A DNA stretch of 64,000 nucleotides from Candidatus Hydrogenedentota bacterium. Lineage in GTDB: Bacteria; Hydrogenedentota; Hydrogenedentia; Hydrogenedentales; SLHB01. A program made the position numbers and the translations under genes. The stretch is from positions 1 through 64,000 of the forward strand of contig JAWXCN010000098.1 in the NCBI GenBank assembly GCA_034408725.1, written 5' to 3'. Within the stretch, counting starts at the first letter, position 1, and each line of letters begins with the position of its first letter. The notes under the pieces were generated by a model, which made no database searches, was not told the DNA's origin, and saw nothing but the letters and a program-made list of their open reading frames with translations. Shown piece after piece: positions 36,896 to 45,727 of this stretch.

Positions 36896-38305
36896 GTGGG
36901 TTCCACCATCTCGCTGGCGATGATTGTTAAAGACGAGGAAACCCAACTCGCCGATTGTTTGGCCAGCGTAAATGATATTGTCAATGAGATTTGCATTGTT
37001 GATACCGGTTCCCGGGATTTCACCATCGAAGTTGCCCGCTCCTTCAGCGCGAAGGTCGGCGTGTACCTTTGGTCTGACGATTTCTCGGCCATGCGCAATG
37101 AATCTCTGCGCCTGTGTACGATGGACTGGATTCTCGTACTTGATGCCGATGAGCGAATCGCAAAAGACGATCTGCCCAGCCTGAAATCCCTTGCCAAAGG
37201 CGCTACCGATTGTTGCTACCGGTTCGTTACGCGCAACTACACCAACAATTCCGCGATTGCCGACTATCAGCCCTGCGAACCAAACGACCCCCAGGCCCGC
37301 GGGTTCTCCGGGTGGTTTCCGAGCACGAAGGTGCGCCTGTTCCCAAACCGGCGGGGGGCCGCATTCCAGGGCAAAGTCCACGAACTCGTTAACCAATCCC
37401 TCGAACAAAAGGGAGTCCGCATTCATGATTCCCAAGTCCCGATCCATCATTTCCCCCTGCTGAAAGATGCGGAACGCATCCGCGAGAAGCAGGCAACCTA
37501 CCTCCAATTGGGCCGCGACAAAGCAGCCGCCAATCCGAATGATCCACGCGCGTACGCCGAACTCGGCAACCAGTATGCGGAAGTGGGGGATTGGTCCAAT
37601 GCCGCCGCTTCATACAGTCAGGCGCTCAAACTTGACAGCCGGAACCCAGGCGTACTGCGCGATCTCGGAGGCGCCTTGCACATGCTGCAACGTCCCGAAG
37701 AAGCAAAACGCGCGTTGCATCTATCGCTCGAGATCGATTCCACCCAGCCGGCCGCGTGGCGCAACCTCGGCGTCGTACTCGCAGATCAAAAGCAATGGGA
37801 AGCTGCGGCGGATTGTTTTCGCAGCGCGCTGAAATTCGACCCCGCGTGGCCCGATGGCCATCGCTACCTCAGCGTCGCCATCGAAGGCATGGGACGCCTC
37901 GAAGAAGCCGTCGTCGAATCGCAGACGAGTCTTGAAAAAACCCCGAATGATCTCGAATGCCTGAAGCTTTACATTCACCAGATGCTTCGCCTGGAACGCA
38001 GACCAGAGGCTCGCAATGTTTTGCTTGGCCTCATCAATGGGGGCGCACGCAACCCGGAACTGCACAACGCGCTCGGCGAACTCTTTTTCTACGATAACCT
38101 GCACGACGAGTCCAAGAAGCATTTCCTTGCCGCTGCAAACGCGGGACTTCCCGCGGCGTATAACAATCTCGGTGTCGTTTTCTTCAAATTACAACAGCTC
38201 GACGATGCCAAACGCGCATTCGAAAAATGCCTCATCGCCGACCCCAACCACCGCGGCGCACAGAGCAATCTGCAAAAGGTATTGGCCAAACAGGCACTCG
38301 CATAA
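36896..38305 (+). CDS. GT2 glycosyltransferase with TPR repeats
   Basis: ISLAMIVKDE, VDTGS, DFSAMRN, LDADE, VHE, then TPRs; immediately upstream of flagellin. Confidence 0.92.
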   Translation: MGSTISLAMIVKDEETQLADCLASVNDIVNEICIVDTGSRDFTIEVARSFSAKVGVYLWSDDFSAMRNESLRLCTMDWILVLDADERIAKDDLPSLKSLAKGATDCCYRFVTRNYTNNSAIADYQPCEPNDPQARGFSGWFPSTKVRLFPNRRGAAFQGKVHELVNQSLEQKGVRIHDSQVPIHHFPLLKDAERIREKQATYLQLGRDKAAANPNDPRAYAELGNQYAEVGDWSNAAASYSQALKLDSRNPGVLRDLGGALHMLQRPEEAKRALHLSLEIDSTQPAAWRNLGVVLADQKQWEAAADCFRSALKFDPAWPDGHRYLSVAIEGMGRLEEAVVESQTSLEKTPNDLECLKLYIHQMLRLERRPEARNVLLGLINGGARNPELHNALGELFFYDNLHDESKKHFLAAANAGLPAAYNNLGVVFFKLQQLDDAKRAFEKCLIADPNHRGAQSNLQKVLAKQALA

Positions 38306-38396
38306 ATTTTGGATTCTAGATTTTGGATTGAAGATGCGAGCACATGACGCTCTATTCAAGGTTTCTTCATTCGCGCCTCTTCAATCCAAAATCTCC

Positions 38397-38423
38397 TAAA
38401 GTTTTTCCCGCCCCTGCCGATAC
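38397..38423 (+). promoter_or_regulatory. Sigma28 (FliA) promoter
   Basis: TAAAGTTT-N11-GCCGATAC. Confidence 0.9.
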
Positions 38424-38453
38424 TCTCCCTTGAGGGCGCGAATAACCGCTCCC

Positions 38454-38499
38454 TCTACCGATGCAAGGACGCAAAGGTAGGCAGTCGTCACGGAGGATT
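38454..38499 (+). promoter_or_regulatory. Two candidate CsrA sites in the flagellin leader
   Basis: TGC-AAGGAC-GCA hairpin inside a CTACC/GGTAG stem, and CACGGAGGA overlapping the SD. Confidence 0.7.
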
Positions 38500-38505
38500 C
38501 TCGTC

Positions 38506-39327
38506 ATGGGTCTGCGTATCAATACCAACGTCGCCGCGCTGACGACCAGCCGGATTCTGCGGCGATCCACAAGCTCCCTCAATGGCAGTTTGGAAAGGCT
38601 CGCCAGCGGTCTGCGCATCAATCGCGCGTCAGACGACGCGGCGGGTCTCGCGATTTCCGAAGGCTTCCGCACCGTCATCCGCGGCAGCCAGGTCGCCCAG
38701 CGCAACGCACAGGACGGCATCAGCCTTCTGCAAACCGCGGAAGGCGCGCTCGAAACCACCACGAACATGCTGCAACGTATTCGCGAACTCGCCGTACAGG
38801 CAGCGAACGGCACGCAGAGCGTGGGCAACCGCGCTTCGCTCGACGCGGAAGTGCAGCAGCTTCTCGAACAAATCGACGACATAGCGCAAGATACCGAGTT
38901 CAACGGTCTGCGTGTGTTGAGCTCGGCGCAGAGCGTCACGCTTCAAGCCGGCGCGCAACCCGGCCAGACGCTCGTCATCACGGTGAACGGCGCAAAGACG
39001 AATGACATCGGCGTGAACGGCTTGAATATATCATCCGTCGCCACTGCCGTAAGCGCGCTCAGCACCATTGATCGCGCATTGCGCAGCGTCACCAGTCTGC
39101 GCAGCACCTTCGGTGCGTTCCAGAACCGTCTCGAGTTCACCATCTCGACGCTCGCAATTCAGGAAGAAAACTCGACCGCATCCGATAGCGCGTTGCGCGA
39201 CGCCGACATCGCCCGCGAAACCATCGCATTCACGCGCAACCAGATTCTCGTCAGCGCCGGCACCTCGGTGCTCGCCCAGTCAAACGTCATTCCCCAGACC
39301 GCCCTGCAATTGCTCGGCGGCAACTAA
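38506..39327 (+). CDS. fliC: Flagellin (short, 273 aa)
   Basis: [56 protein letters not shown]; start ATG 38506 after SD. Confidence 0.97.
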   Translation: MGLRINTNVAALTTSRILRRSTSSLNGSLERLASGLRINRASDDAAGLAISEGFRTVIRGSQVAQRNAQDGISLLQTAEGALETTTNMLQRIRELAVQAANGTQSVGNRASLDAEVQQLLEQIDDIAQDTEFNGLRVLSSAQSVTLQAGAQPGQTLVITVNGAKTNDIGVNGLNISSVATAVSALSTIDRALRSVTSLRSTFGAFQNRLEFTISTLAIQEENSTASDSALRDADIARETIAFTRNQILVSAGTSVLAQSNVIPQTALQLLGGN

Positions 39328-39341
39328 CTAACGCCATAATC

Positions 39342-39371
39342 ACGGGCCGGAGCAATTTCGCTCCGGCCCGT
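39342..39371 (+). terminator. Strong hairpin after flagellin (weak U-tract)
   Basis: ACGGGCCGGAGC-AATTTC-GCTCCGGCCCGT, followed by degenerate 9-mer TCCCAT repeats at 39376-39416. Confidence 0.55.
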
Positions 39372-39475
39372 ATTGCCATTCTTCCCACTCATCCCATTCT
39401 TCCCATAGTTCCCACCAATTCGATATACTCCGTCCCAAATCCATTGAACTTTGACCAGACGAGGGAGAATATTTC

Positions 39476-40426
39476 ATGGCTTCGGGTAAGCGGCACAAAA
39501 TTGCATGCATCGGTTCCGGCAACGTGGGCGCAGCCTGCGCACAATATTGCCTGGACATGGAATTGGGCGACGTCATCCTGACGGACGTCGTAGAAGGCGT
39601 ACCGCAGGGCAAGGCCCTCGACCTCACCGAAGCCGGCCCGGTGCGCGGATACAGTTGCGTCGCCACCGGCACGAACGACTACAAAGACATCGCCGGCGCC
39701 GACGTGTGCGTCGTTACCGCCGGCCTCGCGCGCAAACCCGGCATGACCCGGCTCGATCTCCTCGAAAAAAACGGCAACATCATCACCGAGGTATGCGAGA
39801 ACCTCAAGAAACACGCACCCGATGCCGTCGTCATTATCGTCACAAACCCACTCGACGTGATGGCCTACGTCGCCTACAAAAAACTCGGGTTTCCCCCCAG
39901 CCGCGTCATCGGCATGGCCGGCATCCTCGACAGTTCGCGCATGCGCGCATTCGTCGCGATGGAACTTGGGTGCAGCATGAAAAACGTCGATACAATGGTG
40001 CTAGGCTCCCACGGCGACGACATGGTTCCCTTGCCCGAGTACACCACCGTCTCCGGCATTCCAATTACAAAGCTCCTGTCAAAGGAACGCGTAGATGCAA
40101 TCGTAGACCGCACGCGCAAGGGCGGCGCGGAAATCGTCGCTCTGCTGAAGACGGGCAGCGCATACTACGCTCCCGGAGCCAGCGCCGCGCGCATGGTCGA
40201 ATCCATCATCCGCGACGAGAAACAGATTCTCCCCTGCGCCGCATACCTCGATGGCCTCTACGGTCTCAAGGACGTGTACGCGGGCGTGCCGTGCAAACTG
40301 GGCAAAAACGGCGTGGAAGACATTATCGAACTCGAACTGACCGCCGAACAGAAGACCGCGCTCCACAAGTCGTCGGATGAAGTGCGTAGCGGCATCGAAG
40401 GTCTGAAACAGGTCGGCATCCTCTAA
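39476..40426 (+). CDS. mdh: Malate dehydrogenase (LDH-like)
   Basis: IGSGNVG, GKALDL, TAGLARKPGMTRLDL, GILDSSR, HGDDMVP, TGSAYYAP. Confidence 0.95.
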   Translation: MASGKRHKIACIGSGNVGAACAQYCLDMELGDVILTDVVEGVPQGKALDLTEAGPVRGYSCVATGTNDYKDIAGADVCVVTAGLARKPGMTRLDLLEKNGNIITEVCENLKKHAPDAVVIIVTNPLDVMAYVAYKKLGFPPSRVIGMAGILDSSRMRAFVAMELGCSMKNVDTMVLGSHGDDMVPLPEYTTVSGIPITKLLSKERVDAIVDRTRKGGAEIVALLKTGSAYYAPGASAARMVESIIRDEKQILPCAAYLDGLYGLKDVYAGVPCKLGKNGVEDIIELELTAEQKTALHKSSDEVRSGIEGLKQVGIL

Positions 40427-40449
40427 TGCGCCCAGGAAGGAACAGCTAC

Positions 40450-41277
40450 ATGCGACATGCGCTGATGACGATCGCGTTGTGCGCCGCGAGCGCCGTTGCG
40501 CAACAGACCACGACGGAAGCAGTCTCGGAGGCCGTCACCGATACCGCGATCAGCGCTCGCATCGAAACGCTGTTCGCGATTAATGAATCCCTCAGCCCCT
40601 TCAACATCAACACAACCACCATCGGCGGCGTCGTGACGCTCACCGGCAGCGTCGGCGACGAAATCGCCAAAGACCTCGCTACAAGTCTCGCGAAGACCGT
40701 TGACGGCGTGAAAGAGGTGGACAACCAACTTACCGTCGTCGATGATCCCATTCCACCCAGACCCCAGAAAACCTGGCGTGAACGGATCAACGATGCCTCG
40801 CTCGCTGCCGCGATACGTTCAAACCTCGTGTATAACAAGGAATTCAAGGGCTTCAAAATCGGCGTTGATTGCGATGGTGGGGACGCAACCATCTACGGTG
40901 TCGTCGGCAACGAATTTTCCAGAGACCGCATCGGACAGATTGTCATGGACACGCGCGGCGTCGAGAAAGTTACCAACAACCTTACAGTCCACGCGAGCCC
41001 ATCCACGAATCCCATCAACACAGTCACTCGCGAAGTGACCGACGAAGTCGTCGAAAAACGCGTGCAGGCCTCCATCGCGCTGAATCGCTACGTCTCAATT
41101 CGCGGGCTCAACGTAAAAGTGGACGACGGCGTCTGCATCCTCACTGGATTTGTCGAAACCGCCAAGCAACGCGAACTCGCCGAAAGCATCGCGGCGAACA
41201 TCGCCGGCGTTGTGCGCGTGCAAAATGATCTCAAGCTCTACGAACCACCGCCGCTCTTACCACCGCCTCAACCTTAA
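40450..41277 (+). CDS. Periplasmic protein with three BON domains (OsmY-like)
   Basis: Signal peptide and three D..I...I....GVVTLTG.V......A....GV..V.N.L units. Confidence 0.88.
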   Translation: MRHALMTIALCAASAVAQQTTTEAVSEAVTDTAISARIETLFAINESLSPFNINTTTIGGVVTLTGSVGDEIAKDLATSLAKTVDGVKEVDNQLTVVDDPIPPRPQKTWRERINDASLAAAIRSNLVYNKEFKGFKIGVDCDGGDATIYGVVGNEFSRDRIGQIVMDTRGVEKVTNNLTVHASPSTNPINTVTREVTDEVVEKRVQASIALNRYVSIRGLNVKVDDGVCILTGFVETAKQRELAESIAANIAGVVRVQNDLKLYEPPPLLPPPQP

Positions 41278-41414
41278 AGCTTGGCAAACTTGAACAAACA
41301 ACGAGCGATACGAACCTCGGACCGATCCGGACATAGTCATTTGAAAGGGTAATGCAAGGTGTTTCTAGTTGGATTTCTGTCCACTAAGTCCATTTCGTCC
41401 ACGTCTGTCTAACC

Positions 41415-42698
41415 ATGCCCATACTAACCGTCGTCATGATCATGCGCGATGAAGCCGATTGGCTTCCCGCATGCCTCGAAAGCGTCCGTGCGATCGCCGA
41501 TAACATCGTCATCGGCGACACAGGTTCCACCGACACATCGATTGCAATCGCACAACGCTACGGCGTGAAAGTCGTCCCCGTCCCCTGGACCAACGATTTC
41601 GCCGCCGCGCGGAATTCCGTGCTGGCCGAGGCGCATGGCGATTGGCTCCTGCACATGGATGCCGACGAAAATCTCGAACTTCACGGTGCCGCAACCATCC
41701 GCGCATTGATAGATGACGACGGCCGCGGCGCGGATGCAATCGAAGTGACGCTCGGCAACTACTGCGACGACGTGCGCGCATGGCGCTGGGTCGCCTGCGC
41801 GACAGACGATCCCAATGCGCGCGGACGCACCGGGTACATCGCCGTGCCGCTCTTGCGCCTGTTCCGGAACCATTGCGGCTATCACTACCGCGAACCCGTC
41901 CATGAGAACATCACCGAAAGCGTCATGGAATCCGGCGGCGTCATCGGACAAGCGCACGACATCCTCATTCATCATCACGGATTTGGAAAAGGCGGCCCTG
42001 AAAAAGCCGCGCGCTATCTCGATATCGCGCGACAAAAGGTCGCATTGCGCCCAGACGACGCAAAAGCGTGGCATGACCTCGCCGAACAACTGGTCTCAAT
42101 GGACCGCGCCGGGCAAGCGCGGGAGGCTGCGCAACGAGCTTTGCAATGCGACGCGCATCACATCGCAGCAGCAACGACCTTGGCCAATATCATGCTCAAC
42201 AATGGCGAACTCGACCCCGCGCGAAAATTTCTCGAACCCTTCGCCGAGACTCCGAACGCACCGCCGCACGTGTTGATCGCGCTATGCGCCATAGCATGCA
42301 AAGAAGGCCGCATCGAAGATGCGCGCCTACTCTCGGATCGCGCAATCGGCATCGCGCCAAATAATGTTCTCGCGCGCCTTACCGCGGCCCGAGCATGCGA
42401 TCTGCTCGGGAACTTTCAGGATTCACGCGCCCACCTCGACAGGGCCCGCAAAATTGCGCCGGCTGTGGAAGAAATTATCGTGCGTTGTGAAGCGCACCAA
42501 CTGCGCGCGGAAGCGAAGCCGCTGCTCACTGAAAACCCAAAGCGCGCACTTGCAACGCTTGTAGCGGCACTCAAACTTGATCCAGAAGATCCCCTCATCC
42601 ATGCGCACATCGCCGAAGTGCTGGAAGCCTTGGGCGATCCCATTCGCGCCTGCCAGTCACGCGAACGCGCCTTCGCGCTTGCCCCGCGATTTCAATAA
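41415..42698 (+). CDS. GT2 glycosyltransferase with TPR repeats
   Basis: MIMRDE, DTGSTD, DFAAARN, MDADE, VHE, TPRs; paralogue of 36896-38305. Confidence 0.9.
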   Translation: MPILTVVMIMRDEADWLPACLESVRAIADNIVIGDTGSTDTSIAIAQRYGVKVVPVPWTNDFAAARNSVLAEAHGDWLLHMDADENLELHGAATIRALIDDDGRGADAIEVTLGNYCDDVRAWRWVACATDDPNARGRTGYIAVPLLRLFRNHCGYHYREPVHENITESVMESGGVIGQAHDILIHHHGFGKGGPEKAARYLDIARQKVALRPDDAKAWHDLAEQLVSMDRAGQAREAAQRALQCDAHHIAAATTLANIMLNNGELDPARKFLEPFAETPNAPPHVLIALCAIACKEGRIEDARLLSDRAIGIAPNNVLARLTAARACDLLGNFQDSRAHLDRARKIAPAVEEIIVRCEAHQLRAEAKPLLTENPKRALATLVAALKLDPEDPLIHAHIAEVLEALGDPIRACQSRERAFALAPRFQ

Positions 42699-42784
42699 CG
42701 GACAAAGCCGCTGGGCAATCCCTGGAGGGCGGGTTTTCCAACCCGCCATTTTCTTGATATTTCATGCCCGCCCTATCGGAAACA

Positions 42785-44101
42785 TTACGGCGTGAGAATA
42801 TATCCCGTCTCACCGTGGTCGCATTGGTCGAGTCCCATCATTTCATGTTCTGAATTCGGCCGCAGACCAATCGTCGCGCGAAGTACTCCGAGAATCACCA
42901 CCGACACCACCGCGCACCATGCGCCGCAGGCAACGGCGGCGAATATTTGCGTCTGGAGCTGGGCCGCGATATCGAGATTCGCCATCGTTCCACCGAAACG
43001 GTCAGAAGCAAATACGCTCAACAAAATCGTTCCCACGATTCCACCCACGCCATGCACACCCACAACGTCCAGCGAATCGTCGTACCCAAATCGCCGCTTA
43101 ATCGTGGTTGCGCCAAGGTAACAGCAAATGCCTGACACAAGACCAATGATCACTGCGCCGCCCGGGCCCACCGATCCCGCCGCGGGCGTAATCGCCGCGA
43201 GACCCGCAATCGCGCCGGTAGCAAAACCAAGCGCGCTGGGCTTTCCAATCCGGACCCATTCGATCATCATCCACGTCAACGCCGCAACGCTCGGCGATAT
43301 CTGCGTAACGACAATCGCCATGCCCGCCGTGCCGTTCGCCGCGAGCGCGCTGCCGCCGTTGAACCCAAACCATCCGACCCACAACATCGCGGTGCCCGTC
43401 AATGTCATCGTCATGTTGTGCGGCGGCATCGGCGATGTCGGGTACCCCCTGCGTTTGCCCACCATGATCGCCGCCACAAGCGCCGACACGCCCGCGGTAA
43501 TGTGTACAACGATCCCGCCCGCGAAATCGATCACCTTTTTGTCGTAAAAGTACGCGCCTTCACCGCCCCACACCATATGCGCAACAGGAAGGTATCCAAA
43601 AATGACCCACAACGCCGAAAAAATGATCATCGCCGAAAATTTCATGCGCTCCGCGAACGCGCCGACGATCAGTCCCGGCGTAATGATCGCGAAGGTTAGC
43701 TGGAAAATGAAAAACACCGGCTCGGGAATCGTGCCCCACGCGCTATCCGCGGTCACGCCCTGCATGAACACTTTCGACATCGGCCCGATGAACGCGCGAA
43801 TGCCGCCGCCTTCGGCCGATCCGAACGCCAGGCTATATCCAAACGCAACCCAGATAACCGTGACAATCGCGGCGATGACAAAGCACTGCATGTACACCGA
43901 CAACACGTTCTTTACGCGCACCAGCCCACCGTAGAACATCGCGAGGCCGGGAATCATCATGAACAACACCAGCGCGGACGCCGTCAATATCCACGCCGTA
44001 TCGCCCGCGCTAATTTCCTGTGCATGCGCGCGCTGAGCCAGGAAAAGCCCACCCGCGAACATCGCACACCATCGACCCAATCTCCAACCGCCTGCACGCA
44101 T
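42785..44101 (-). CDS. amtB: Ammonium transporter
   Basis: GDTAW, PGLAMFYGG, FQLTFAIIT, DFAGG.VVH, WFGFNGGS, DDSLDV.GVHG. Confidence 0.97.
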   Translation of the reverse strand: MRAGGWRLGRWCAMFAGGLFLAQRAHAQEISAGDTAWILTASALVLFMMIPGLAMFYGGLVRVKNVLSVYMQCFVIAAIVTVIWVAFGYSLAFGSAEGGGIRAFIGPMSKVFMQGVTADSAWGTIPEPVFFIFQLTFAIITPGLIVGAFAERMKFSAMIIFSALWVIFGYLPVAHMVWGGEGAYFYDKKVIDFAGGIVVHITAGVSALVAAIMVGKRRGYPTSPMPPHNMTMTLTGTAMLWVGWFGFNGGSALAANGTAGMAIVVTQISPSVAALTWMMIEWVRIGKPSALGFATGAIAGLAAITPAAGSVGPGGAVIIGLVSGICCYLGATTIKRRFGYDDSLDVVGVHGVGGIVGTILLSVFASDRFGGTMANLDIAAQLQTQIFAAVACGAWCAVVSVVILGVLRATIGLRPNSEHEMMGLDQCDHGETGYILTP

Positions 44102-44377
44102 GACGCACCCTCCCTCTGGTTACTTCATACCCTGGTTCCCGTTGACACGCGAAAAGACAGAATGCCCGCTGTCCAATCGCGACCCGGCGCCAACAGGAAT
44201 TTCCCCCTACACGAAACCGCACGATAGTAGCAAAGCAAACCGGGGACTGTCACCGTCAGCGCGTTCTGGCTGACGGTGACAGTCCCCGGCCCCGAATCAC
44301 GTACCCACGCCTTGCATAGATTGACAAGCAGGAAGAAATGGGAAGGACGCCGCGGAATGCACGGCGTATGGAATGGC

Positions 44378-45727
44378 CTACACCTCGCTAAGGTAATTCA
44401 GCTTTCCCGTGCTGTCCCCGAAATTATCGGTGGGAACGCCAACATGCTCGAGCATGTTCAAATACAGGTTGGCCATCGGTGTGTCGGAGGCATACTTGAC
44501 ATGGCGACCGGTCTTGACAGCGCCGCCGGCGTTTCCGGCAAGCACTATCGGCAGGTCATTGTGATTGTGTCGATTCCCATCACCAATGCCGCTGCCATAT
44601 ATGATCATAGAATGATCGAGCAACGTGCCGTCGCCATCTTCGGTCGCTTTCATGCGGTCGATGAAATATGCGAACTGTTCCATGTGGTACCGGTTGATCT
44701 TGCGGATGTCCGCGATCTTTTCTTCATCGCCCTGGTGGTGGCTGATGCCGTGATGCCCACCGGTCACGCCAACCTCCCGATACGCGCGGTTGCTGCCTTC
44801 CCCCGCCATCATGAACGTGGAAACGCGGGTCTGATCCGTCTGGAACGCGAGCACCTGCAAATCGAACATCAGCCGCGCATATTCCGCATAGTCCTTCGGC
44901 GCGCTCTCGGGGACTTCCAGATCGATGCCCTCGCCGTATGCGAGTTTTTCGTTGGATTCGATGCGCCGTTCAATCATGCGGACCGCATAAAGATATTCAT
45001 CCAGTTTGCGCCGGTCCGTCGGACCAAGCGAAACCTGCAACCGCTTCGTATCTTCCAATACAAAATCCAGGATGCTGCCGCGATACTTCATGCGTTTTTC
45101 GCGCGCAGCCAAATCCAGCGATTCCTCGGAGCGTCCAAACAACCGGTTGAACACTGCGCGCGGGTTCCCTTCAGGTGGGTTCGGCGTCGTTGCCGTCCGC
45201 CACGAAATGCTGTTGGAATACGCGCAGCTATATCCGGTATCGCAATTCCCCGCGAGTTTGCCGGGTTCGCAGGTAAGTTCGAGTGAGGCGTATGGCGTGA
45301 ATTGCCCAAGGTGTTGCGCGGCGATCTGATCAATCGAAATGCCCGCGCGAATATCCGCGCCGTCGGTTTTATTCGGATGCACGCCTGTTAAAAATACCGC
45401 TGACGCGCGCGCATGATCGCCGCCGCCATCGCCTAGCGCTTTTGCATTGTGATGGCTCAGACCGGACAGCACCATCATCTGGTCGCGATGGGGCTGGAGC
45501 GGTTCGAGAATATGCGGCAGCGCGAAATCCTTGCCCTCCGCCGCGGGCGTCCAGTCTTCCACAATGACACCGTTGGGAATGTATACAAACGCCATCCGCA
45601 CCGGCGACGCCGCAGGCTTGGGCGTTGCGGCCGCCATCGCGTCAAGCATCGGCAGCGCCATCGTCGCGCCAATGCCGCGCAGGAAGGTCCTACGATCCAA
45701 CTTCTTCTGTTGCAGTATCGTCATCAT
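44378..45727 (-). CDS. DUF1552 domain protein (Tat signal)
   Basis: RRTFLRG.GA..ALP.LDAM, YIPNG, SIDQIAA, SILD.V, DQTRV, H.ISHH, GTLLD, H.H.DLP. Confidence 0.9.
   Translation of the reverse strand: MMTILQQKKLDRRTFLRGIGATMALPMLDAMAAATPKPAASPVRMAFVYIPNGVIVEDWTPAAEGKDFALPHILEPLQPHRDQMMVLSGLSHHNAKALGDGGGDHARASAVFLTGVHPNKTDGADIRAGISIDQIAAQHLGQFTPYASLELTCEPGKLAGNCDTGYSCAYSNSISWRTATTPNPPEGNPRAVFNRLFGRSEESLDLAAREKRMKYRGSILDFVLEDTKRLQVSLGPTDRRKLDEYLYAVRMIERRIESNEKLAYGEGIDLEVPESAPKDYAEYARLMFDLQVLAFQTDQTRVSTFMMAGEGSNRAYREVGVTGGHHGISHHQGDEEKIADIRKINRYHMEQFAYFIDRMKATEDGDGTLLDHSMIIYGSGIGDGNRHNHNDLPIVLAGNAGGAVKTGRHVKYASDTPMANLYLNMLEHVGVPTDNFGDSTGKLNYLSEV

Noticed and set aside
44102-44377. glnK or a nitrogen-regulated sigma54 promoter upstream of amtB
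   Set aside because: No PII ORF and no correctly spaced -24/-12 motif found; the region holds a family B repeat
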